Assembly: GCF_016432865.1 (NCBI RefSeq)
Contig: NC_067403.1
Location: 256,122,001 to 256,186,000, forward strand
Direction: 5' to 3'
Length of the DNA: 64,000 nucleotides
Source of the DNA: Antechinus flavipes
Taxonomy: Eukaryota
Made by a program: the position numbers and the translations under genes. The notes below the pieces were generated by a model. The model did no database searches and was not told the origin of the DNA. It saw nothing but the letters and a program-made list of their open reading frames with translations. The number at the start of each line of letters is the position of its first letter. The first letter of the stretch is position 1. This document shows, in pieces, positions 1-10,500 of this stretch.

Positions 1-248
1 CAGGGCTCCCTCAGCAGGCCCCGGCCTGCCCCTGGCTCCCCGGTGCCATCTCTGACGGGCCGCTCGCCCTGTGGTCTGGGTGACCCAGCCCAAAGCAGGG
101 CCAGGTGGCTCCTGGCAGCCGGTCCCACCCAGCTGCTTCTCGTCCCCTCGTCATAGCCTAAATATACCCGAGGCGGCGGTGTCAGCTTCCCCGGGAGCCA
201 GGATTAGGGCCCAGCTGCCACCCTGGGCCCATCCTGCCTCAACCGGGG

Positions 249-258
249 CTAAAATTAG
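249..258 (+). promoter_or_regulatory. Perfect MEF2 consensus site in EHBP1L1 intron 1
   Basis: CTAAAATTAG = YTA(W)4TAR, near three CAGCTG E-boxes (130, 212, 399) and TGAGTCA (407-413). Confidence 0.45.
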
Positions 259-276
259 CCTCCCAGCCCCGGGGCC

Positions 277-368
277 TGGGGGGTGTGGGGGCACTGGGGG
301 TGTGGGGGCACTGGGGGTGGGGGGCACTGGGGGCTATGGGAGGCACTGGGGGTGTGGGGGCACTGGGA
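277..368. repeat. G-rich minisatellite, about 17-bp unit (GGCACTGGGGGTGTGGG), about 5 copies
   Basis: Direct repeats visible in the sequence. Confidence 0.85.
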
Positions 369-1537
369 GGGGCCCCCATCCCCACCGGGCAGTGGCTGCA
401 GCTGGCTGAGTCATTTCTTCTCTGAGCCTCAGTCTCCTCTGTCAGAGGGCTAATCACTGGGGCAGGGATGCCGGGAGCATGGTGGGAAGATGCTGAGCGG
501 GCCAAGGGCAGAGACAGGGGAGCCCGGGGGCTGGGCAGAGCCCTGGCGGGGATTAGTCTGGAGGACTGACTCAGGAGGCGTCCCTGTCACCCTGGAGCCT
601 CTGAGGCTGGAACCGTGGCCCCCGCCTCCCCGAGCTCCGGGCAGCGGAGGAGGCAGAAGGCGCCGAGCCCCGGCCGACAAACGGGGAGGGCAGGGGCTTC
701 TCCCTGGCCCGAGGCTCCGGAGCTGCCCGGCTTTGGGCCCTGCTGTTGCTCTCTGAGCAGCCCGCGTCCTCCCCGTGGGGGCCGGGGGAGCCCCAAAGGC
801 GGAGAGCGGCAGCCCCTGTGCGTGTGCCCCTCCTGGGGGGATGCCCCGGCCCTCTGAGCCGCCCCCGCAGAAGCTGCTTCCCTTTGAGAGGCCGGATCCC
901 GCAAAGATTGGGGGGGGTTCTCGATTTTACTCTGCTCCACTCTGGAACCCTCCCCGCTCTGCCTCCATCGCTGCCCCGCCCCCAGCTCAGATTCCCACCG
1001 CCAGGTCCTTGCTCAGGCTGTGCTGCCCTCGCCATCTTTACTGAATCCTTCACGTGTATTTTTGCCCCACCCAGCCCGGAAAGGCCGCAGGAGCCGACTG
1101 TGTCCTGGCCAAACCCGGTCTCCTGGGCACCAAGTCTGGCACATGGGTGCGGGGGGGCAGAGAGTTCCTTTCCCTTCTCCCCATAACCCCCCCTTCCAGG
1201 CCGGCCTTGCTGTGCCCTGGGGGGTCTGGCCCGGAGCTGAGCACAGGGAGAAGGGCCGGTCCCAGGGGGCCCTTCCTGAGGCCGTGGCGGCCGACAATGG
1301 GCGTCCCTCAGGCCGCTCGTCCCGGCCGTCCCCGGCTCGCTCCCTTCCACCCTTTGCCCTATTGCCCCATGCTCCACCCTGCCCCGAGTCTCCACCCTAC
1401 AACTGTGCCCCGAGATAAGGGAGCTGCTGCCTGATCCTCCCCTCCCATGGGTCAGAGGTGGGGGGGGGGCTGGAGGGCGAGCAGAGGAGGCTGGGCCGTC
1501 CCACCGAGTGCTCCCCTTCTCTCTGCCCCCCCCCCAG

Positions 1538-4500
1538 GCAGCCGGACAAGCTGGTGGTCGTGTGGACCCGGAGGAACCGGCGCATCTGCTCCAAGGTACG
1601 TCCAGGACCCCCCACTTCTGTCGGGCTTTGGGGGGAGATGGAGAGCACGGGGGCTGCTCTGGGGCTGAGAAATCTTTCCACAGGCCCACAGCTGGCAGCC
1701 CGGGATCCAGAACCCTTACCGGGGCATGGTGGTGTGGATGGTGCCGGAGAATGTGGATATCTCCGTGACCCTGTATCGGGTGAGCCCCCGGCCCTGTGCC
1801 CACCGGCCCCATGGCACTGATGGAGCTCCCCGAGGGAAGCACCCACTGTGTGCAGGGCCCGGAGCTCTGACAAGGCAGAGCCAGCTCGCCCACGGGAGCG
1901 CCGGGGAAAGAGAACCCTGGTTCTCGGGGGGATCTCAGACCCCTGATGTCTGCAGGGCAGGAAATTCCCTGCACCCGTGGAGGAAGAAAGGGAGAGAGGG
2001 AGGAGGAAAAGGAGAAAGAGAGGGAAAGACAAAGGGAGGGAGGGAAGGAAAAAAAGAAAGAGAAAGGGAGGGAGAAGGAAAGGGAAGCAGGGCAAAAGGA
2101 CTTATTAAATGTCCTAAATGCTTGCTTTCTTTATCTATTTATTCATCCATCCATCCATCTCTCTCTCACTCTATTTCTCTTTCTGNNNNNNNNNNNNNNN
2201 NNNNNNNNNNNNNNNNNNNNNNNNNNNNNNNNNNNNNNNNNNNNNNNNNNNNNNNNNNNNNNNNNNNNNNNNNNNNNNNNNNNNNNNNNNNNNNNNNNNN
2301 NNNNNNNNNNNNNNNNNNNNNNNNNNNNNNNNNNNCGTGCCAGGAACTGTGCTAAGCACTTAAATCTGGTTTCATTTGCCGCCCCAAGTCTTCACCCTTC
2401 AGTTTTAGAGAGATCCGGAGGCCCCTCCCCTGTCAGGGACAGGATTAGAATCCAGGTCTTCCCGGCTCCAGCTGCCCACTGAGCCTCTGCTTCTCCTCAG
2501 CTGGAAAGCAGTGACCGTCCCCACAAATTTTCCAAATCCTTTGAGTGACAATGACAACCACGATCATGGTCATCGCTCTAAGGTTTTATGGCTTCTAAAG
2601 CAATTAATTACCTCCCGACAATCCCGGGGTTAAGTTGGATGGGAGTTATTATCCTCATTTGACAGAAAGGGACACTGAGGCACAGTTCTAAAGCCAGGAT
2701 CACACCCCTCGGGACGCTTGAGCCAGAATGGGAACCCGAGGCCCTTCCACTCTCCCACTTCCATGATTCCTTTTGTTTACCATCATTTCCTCTTGTCATC
2801 CACCCCGCAGCCCACAACTCTTTATCTCCTATTTAAGTATTTTATTTCCTCTTCTGTTAATCTGGGCAATTCATAGTTTTGTAAACATCATCCATTTTTT
2901 TTTCCATTTAAAATAGTTTTTTTTTTTTAAATTTTTATTATAGCTTTTTATTTACAAGATCTGCGCACGGGGAATTTTTCAGCATTGACAATGGCGCCCC
3001 CCCCCCCCGCCCCATGGCAGGATGACCCATACATGTTAAATAAAACATCGTCCATTCCGATTCGATTGTCAGATTTATTAGCCCTCGGTTGGGCAAAAGA
3101 GCTCCTAACGATCACTTTAATTTCTTCTTCATTGATGAATTCACCCTTTTCATTTTTGATGCTTCCAATTTGATTTTCTTCTTTGCTTTTTCTAATCAAA
3201 TTAACCAAAGGTTTATTTTTTATTTTTTATTTTGTTTTCTTTTTTATATTTTCTTTTGTGATTTTTTTTCATAAAACCAACCGTTGCTTTTGTTGATCAG
3301 TTCACTAGTTTTGTTACTTTCAATTTGTTCATCTCTCATTTGATCCAACTCTTGTCTTCTAACTCTGCATGTATATGTATGTTACATAGAGACATATAGA
3401 CACAGCCAAGGGATGACCCCGGTGCCCTTATGTGAGTCTCTGAACTAGTACGTGCCCGTAGTCGCCCCCTCTGCACCGGGGAGGCCAGTGGGTCCCATCG
3501 GAGGTCCCAGAATGGACACTGGTCATTGAGCCCCATGGAAGTTCCTCTAGGTTTCAAGCTGAGGAGCTCCATGGGGCGTGGCCCTGGCAGACAGACAGTA
3601 ACGGACTGGCGAGGCCGGAAAGCCCCCCCGGCCTCCATCCTCCTCTCTCTCACCCACTTGTGCTCTTGACCGTGGTCACGCTCCCTCCGAGGGCACCCTG
3701 GCAGTGGGGGAACGAGGCAGGATTCTTGTCCCACTGGGAGAAGGGAAACGGAGGCTCTGAGAGGGCTGCAGAGTTCGGGTGCCTGAGGCCCCCCGAGGCC
3801 TGGGACGGGGACTGTGGGTTCCCTGGACCCTCAGCCCGACTTCCTCCCGCTCCCCTCCCCCTCCTCCCCCTGCTCTTGGGGTCTCACTCTTGCTCCTGAC
3901 CCCCGCAGGACCCCCACGTGGAGCAGTACGAGGCCAAGGAATGGACGTTCATCATTGAGAATGTGAGGGACAGCCCCGGGCGTTTCGTTGGTTTAGGGGG
4001 CGGTCGCCAGATTCCCTGCCCCCGGGGGGGGGGCCGGGGCTCCTTCCCCTCAGGGAGCCCCCGTTCTGCTCGGCCACTAGGCACAGCTCAGGGGCTGAGG
4101 GCAGGCCCCACATTTGTCAGAGAGGGAAACTGAGGCTCGGGACACGAGAGGCCGCCCCCGATCCCCAGAGCCCCAGGGGCGCTCCGGGAGTATTCGTCTC
4201 CCCCTCCGCTTCACACGGCTGAGCCTCGAACCCAGAGCCTCTTTCCAGCTTCGCCGTGATTTCTGGCTCTCTCCCGGGGTGTCCGTCACGTGTGGGGGCG
4301 GGGCCGGGGGCCCCGGGCGGTCTTGGGGCCCTTTGACGGAGGAGATGAGGGGGGCTCTCGCCGCCGGCCCCCGTCTCTGACTTCCCGTCCCTTCTCTCCC
4401 AGGAGTCCAAGGGGCAGCGCAAGGTGCTGGCCACGGCGGACGTGGACCTGGCCCGCTACGCGGGGCCCGCGCAGTCCCAGGCGCCCCTTCGGTTGAAGCT

Positions 4501-7500
4501 GAAGCCCAAGTCGGTGAAAGTGCTGAACGCGGAGCTGAGCCTGACCCTGCTGGGCGTCCTGGTCAGGGAGGGCCGAGCCACGTGAGTGCTCCCGGTGGGG
4601 CCGACGCCCCGGCCACTTCCGCCAGGACACCTGAGTCCCCTCGTGCGCGGGCCCGGCGGCCCGGGTGCTTCTGTTCCGGGGGGGCTGAGGGCCCTGGGGG
4701 GCTCCCGGGCCCCCCTGACCCGGCTCTCGCCCCCAGGGACGACGACATGCAGAGCCTGGCCAGCTTAATGAGCGTCAAGCCCAGCGACGTGGGCAACCTG
4801 GAGGACTTCGCTGAGAGCGACGAAGAGGACGCCGCGGGCCAGGGGGCCCCCGAGGCCCGGGCCAGGCCTGGCCAGCCAGGTGGGCTCCTTGGGCCTCCCG
4901 CAGCCCCCGCGCCCGCTCCTGCCCCTCAGGCGGACCCCCCCTTTCTGGCTGTCTCTGGTCTCTGCTCTGCGACCTCTCTGGGTCTTTCCTCTCCCTCTCT
5001 AGGTCCGGCCGCGGCCCCGAGGTTGGGGCATTTCCCAGGTACGGCCTCGGGTCTCCCTCCCGGGTGGGGGGCGATCTGCGTGGGGGGGCCTGCTGAGCCG
5101 CTCTAACCCTGCCCCCGCCGCCCCCAGATCCGTCCCGGGAGCTGGACACTGTGCGCGAGGAGGAGGAAGGAGGCAGGCCTGGCTCCGGGGCCGTTTCCAA
5201 GAAGGGAGGTGAGGCCGGGGGCCGGCCCGCCCGCGTGTGGGTGACTGGGGGGCGGAGGGGAGGGGGCCGAGCGCCCCCTCACCCCGTCCCTTCCTCTGCC
5301 AGCAGCGGCCTCTGCCCAGCCCGCTGCCCCGGCCCAGCCGGCCCAGGCTCCGCTGGAGGAGGGCGGCGTTAAGGAGCCCGGAGCAGCCCCTGTAAGTGCC
5401 CCTGCCTCTGCCCCCGCGCCCCCTCTCAGGGCTTCCCGGGGCCAGGGGGGCAGGGGGCATCGCGGCCCGCCGAGCCCGGGGGGCCAGCCCAGGGAGGAGG
5501 CGGAAGCGGCCGGGGGCAGGATGGGCACCGAGGCCCAGCCGCTCCAGGGACCCGTGCCGGAGATGAGGTGAGGGCCCAAGAGGAGGCAGTCTGCCTCGGA
5601 GAAGGGGCGCGGGGTGGAAGGGCACATGTTGTCCCGAGACTCCTGGCTCCTAAACCCCCACCCTCTGGGAGCTGGCACGGACCCCAAGGCCAGCTGACAA
5701 CCGAGGGCCCTCCCCCCCTCCTCCCCCCTCCTTTCCATGCTCTCCCCCTCAACCCCCCAGGCTCCTCCAGCTTGTTTCCTTACTGTGCTCCCCCTGGGCT
5801 CCTCCAGCCCGCCCCTTGCCGTGCTCCCCCCGCCCCAGGCTCCTCCAGCTTGTTTCCTTGCTGTGCTCCCCCTGGGCTCCTCCAGCCCGCCCTTGCCGTG
5901 CTCCCCCTTCCAGGAAACGCTCTCTCCAGATCACTTCCCTCTTAGCTGGGCTTTGGCCCGGGCCCCTCTCCAGGCACCTCGAGGCCCCTCCTCCACGGCC
6001 CCTCCCTGCTTCCTCCTGTGTCTCAACCAGTTTCAAGTGGGAAGTTCTGGGCCCAAAGAGTGGGGCGGGGGAGGGGGGAAGGAGCCGCCCCCTCCCTCCC
6101 TCCCTCCACGCCCTGAATCTTTGCTCCCCTGTCTCCCCAGGTCCCCGTGGCGACCCCTTGAGGATTCCCCCGTCCCCGCCCCCCGGCTCAGGAGAGTGGC
6201 CACCGCCCCCCTGCACCCAGCCCTTCCGCACCAGGAGGAAGCCCCAGGGGGCCCCCCAGGGGAGCAGGCGGGCCCCGGAGCGGGGGGAGCCCATCAGCTA
6301 GAGCTGGGAGCAGGAGAGAGAGAGCAGGGCAGCGGCAAAGCCAGGGACGCTTCCCGGGAGGGGCGAGGAGGAGGGCGAGGAGAGGAAGGAGCGCCCGCCC
6401 CGCCGGGCCCGAGGGCCCGGGACGGCGACGGAGGCGGGCGGGGGAGCCCGGAGCCCCGGCACAGGGGGCGAGGAGGAGGGGAGGGGCAGGGCCAAGGCGC
6501 CAGGGCCGGGGAGAAGCGGGCCGCCAGGGGGCCAGACGCCAGGCAGGAGGCCGCGAGGGGGCCGCGGGCCTGGGCCCAGACGGAAGCCCAGTTGGCGGCA
6601 GCCACTGACCGGGCCCCCCCGGAGACAGCCGCGAGCCAGGAAATTAGGGGGCCGGAGGCTAGGGGGGCAGAGGAGCCCACAGAGAAGCCCGGGGCCCAGG
6701 AGCCCGGCCCGGAGGAGCCCCGGGGGCCAGGCCCGTGTCCTCCAGCCCAGGCCAGTGAGAGCCCGCAGGCCCCCAGGCCGGTCCATGGCACTGGGCCGGG
6801 GGCTGAGGCGGGAGCTCCCGGGGGCGTAGCTGAAAGAGCTTCAGGACAGGAGGACGGTGGGAGAGCAGAGGAGAGGGGCCAAGAGGGGACAGGGGCCCTG
6901 GGGGTCCCTCCCACGGGAGCCGAAGGCACCATGGCCCAGGTGAGCAAGAGGGGCGCCCATCCAGGGAGCAGGGACAGCTGGGAGCGTGGGGCCGGGGCCG
7001 GGCCAGCAGCGGCTGAGGAGGCGGGCTCCGGGACGCGGAGGGACAGCCAGGAGGTAGGAGCCGGGAGGGCGCCGAGAACAGGGCCTGAGACAGGGGGGCT
7101 TAGGGCCGCGGGGCCTGGGACCGGGGGGACAGTGGGCAACAGGGGGCCGGGGGCCGAGACCTCGGGGGTGGAGGAGAAAGAAGCCGGGGTTTTGGAACCT
7201 AAAGGGACAGGATCTGAGATTCAGCCACTTGAGAGAGCGGGGCCCGCACTGGGAGTCCTGGGGGCTGAGGAGGCAGAAGCTGGGGGGCTGGGGGCCAAGG
7301 GCACAGGCACTGAAGCCACAGGAACAGACGCTGGGGCACCTGGGATGCTGCAGACCGGGGAGGCCGGAGCCTTGGGGACCGAGGACAAGGCCGGTGGGAC
7401 CAAGAGAACCGAGGCCGGAACATTAGAGAGGGAAGAGCCGGGAACTGGGAAAGGGGCTCTCGGGGCGAGGGGGGCGGAGGAGCTACCCGAGCCGTCGGTC

Positions 7501-10500
7501 AGCGGGGGGGCGGGGAACGGAGAGACGGAGGCCGAGAGGCCGGGGGCCAGGGAGGCCGAGGCTGTGGCCCTGGCGCCTGGTACCCGGGGGCCCGAGGGGA
7601 GAGGCACTGGAGCGCCGGGGACCGGGGAGAGGGGCTCGCAGGCCTCGGCATCCGGGCTGTCGGGGACTGGGGAGGCAGAATTCAGGGGGTTGGAGCCTGC
7701 AGGGACGGCAGCTGAAGGAGTGAGGACTGAGGCTAGAGAAGCTGGGGGGATGGGGACCGAGGAGAGGGAGGCTGCAATGGTGGAGACTGAGGAGATGGAG
7801 GCTGAGGGACTGGAGGCTGAGGGGGTAGAGACTGAGGGATGGGGGACCGAGGAGGTGGAGGCTGTGATACTGGAGGCTGAGGAGGCTGAGGGATTGAGGA
7901 CAGAGACGGAGGCTAGGGTGTGGCTGCCTGGAAAGGAGCCGTCAGCGGGAGAAGAGACCGGGTGCGCACTCTTGGGTTTGGGGGAGGGGTCAGAAGCAGA
8001 GCCAGCAGCTGAGGGGTCCATCCGGGAGCCACGCCCAGCCCCCGCAGGGGGGGCGGCTGGGGAAGACCCCGAGGCCCTGGCCGCCAGCCTCCCCCGGGAG
8101 GCCCCCGCCTCGGTGCAGGAGGAGGGGGAGGCCCGGGGCTCTCCTGCCTTCTCTACACCAACAGCCCCCAGCCAAGAGGGGCCTGAAGAAGACAGGAGGT
8201 CTCAGGGCTGGGGGGGAGGCCCGGAGCCTCCCCTGGGCACCAAGGTAGGGACAGTGTCCCCCGAGCCCGGCCTGCTGCTTGTTCACTAACCTCCCAAGGT
8301 CAGGCTGTGGGGCCGGGCCGCGCTAACCGGAGAGAATGACTCGTGCATGGGGGGTGCCCGAGCTTGTCCTGTGAGCGGGCCCGGCCCCTCCCCCGCGTGG
8401 CCCAGCATGGCACGGGAGGGGCGGCTCTGGGTGCGGGCTGTCGGGGGGGGGTCTGGCTCTTGGGGAGCTTCCCCGAGGCCCCACGTGGCCCAGCGGCCCC
8501 ACGGCCTCCAGGCGGAGGGTCCGGCCCCTTTGTGGGGCCCGGGGCCGGGGGGAGGGGTGTGGAGGGCGCCCTGCTGGGCTCCAGCCAGGGTCAGCGCCTC
8601 CCCCCATCCCCCCCAGGTCAGCTCCAGCCAGTCCCTGCTGGAGTGGTGCCAGGAGGTCACGGCGGCTTACCCCGGGGTCCGGGTCACCAACTTCACCACG
8701 TCCTGGCGCAACGGGCTGGCTTTCTGCGCCCTCCTGCACTACTTCCACCCGGACAAGATGTGAGGGCCGGGCCCGGGGGCGGCGGGAGGGACGCGGGTGA
8801 GGGGCAGCCGGGGCCTCCCCCCTCTCTGACCCTGCTCTGGGCCCACAGTGACTTTGCTGCCCTGGACCCCCAGGACATCAAGCAGAACAACAAGCAGGTG
8901 AGTGGGAGGGGGCGGTGGTCCGGGTTATGGGGCAGAGACCTGGATTCAACTCCCTCCTCGGCCCCTCGCTCCCACGGTGACTGTGGACAAGTCCCTTGGC
9001 TTCCCAGTCTCATTTTCTCCTGTAAGAAGAGGGCATTGGAGCAGCTCGGCCCTCCTCGGTGCAGATGGACCCCCGGCCGCTCCCCAGCGCCCTGCGTGTC
9101 CGCACGGAGGCCCCAGAACCCCCCGGGTGGTTTTGGGGGGAGCCCATGTGTGGTCACAGGGGTGTGGCCTGGCCTGCACCCTGCCCATGCCCTCTGCCCT
9201 CTGCCCCATGCCCTCTGCCCTCTGCCCCATGCCCTGCCCATGTCCTCTGCCCCCAGGCGTTCGACGGCTTCGCGGCCCTGGGCGTCTCGCGGCTGCTGGA
9301 CCCTGCGGACATGGTGCTCCTGGCCGTGCCGGACAAGCTGATCGTCATGACCTACCTGTGCCAGATCCGGGCCTTCTGCACGGGCCAGGAGCTGCAGCTG
9401 GTGCAGGTGGAGGGCGGCGGCCGGGCCAGCACCTACAGGGTGGGCGGCCCCGAGCCCGAGCTGCCCGCGGCCCTGGGCTCCGGCCACCTGGCCCAGCGTC
9501 TGCGCGAGCGCGGCGGGGACGTGGTGGGGGTCGCCCCCGCCAACCCGGGCCCCTCCAAGGATCCCGCCAAGGCGGCCGGGAGGCAGCCCAAGGAGGAGGC
9601 CGGCAGGGCCGGACTCCCCGACGAGGGCCCCACGGCCGGAGCGGCCCCAAAGAGCCCAGGGCAGGAGGCCAACGGGGACACCAGGAAGGGCGCCCCGGGG
9701 GCCCCGAGGGACGCCGGGAAGAAGGAGGTCGGCGGCCCGGAGGCCGGCAGCTCCGAGGAGGCCAGAGCCCGGGCCGAGGGCCCCGCGGTCAGGACCAGGA
9801 CGCCGTCCCCGGCCGACGGGCTGCTGAACGGGACCGGGGCCGCCGCCGTCAGGCTCAGGCGGCCCTCGCTGAACGGGGAGGCTGGCATGGGGCCCATCCC
9901 CCCTCCCCGGGCCCACGGGTCCTTCTCCCACGTCCGGGACGCCGACCTGCTGAAGAAGAGGCGCTCGCGGCTCCGGAGCAGCTCCTCGCTCTCTGTGGAC
10001 GACGCCGAGTCCGCGGCCGCCGGGCCCTCGGTGAGTCCGGTCGCCGGGCGGGGGGCGGCGGCCGCGGTACCTCAGGGGCCTCCGTCAGCGTCTGGACGGA
10101 TCCCTCTCCCCCGGATGTGCCGCCGTGTGTCCGTGGCGCGGGGGGGACCCTCGGGCTCCCACCTCTGGTTTCTCAGACTTCTTGAGTCAGCTCATCTTCC
10201 CACAATCCTTCACTTCCTGTCAGGGGCGGGCTGCACGTGGCCGATGGGGGGGGGCTGCCTGTGGGGGCTCTTCGCACTCGCCTGATGCGGGGGGATGGGA
10301 AGGAGACGCCTGTGGGGGGCCGTCTGCTGAGAGCCGAGCCGGGGAGGGCAGGCCCCGTGTGGGTCCGCGGCCCCCAGGAAGTGACCAGGGCCAGGGCCGG
10401 GCCTGCAGGACCGGACACCCACGGATGAGGGTCCACGGGAGGGGGAAGGGCGGCGTCCCTGTCGTTTGCAGAGTGAGAGAAGGAGCTGGAGATGAATTTA

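Noticed and set aside
571-1974. 467-aa minus-strand ORF and the many other long P/G/R/A-rich ORFs in the track (e.g. 40006..41331, 55307..56644, 60257..61525)
   Set aside because: No recognisable domains; they overlap real exons in shadow frames; stop codons are naturally scarce at this GC content.
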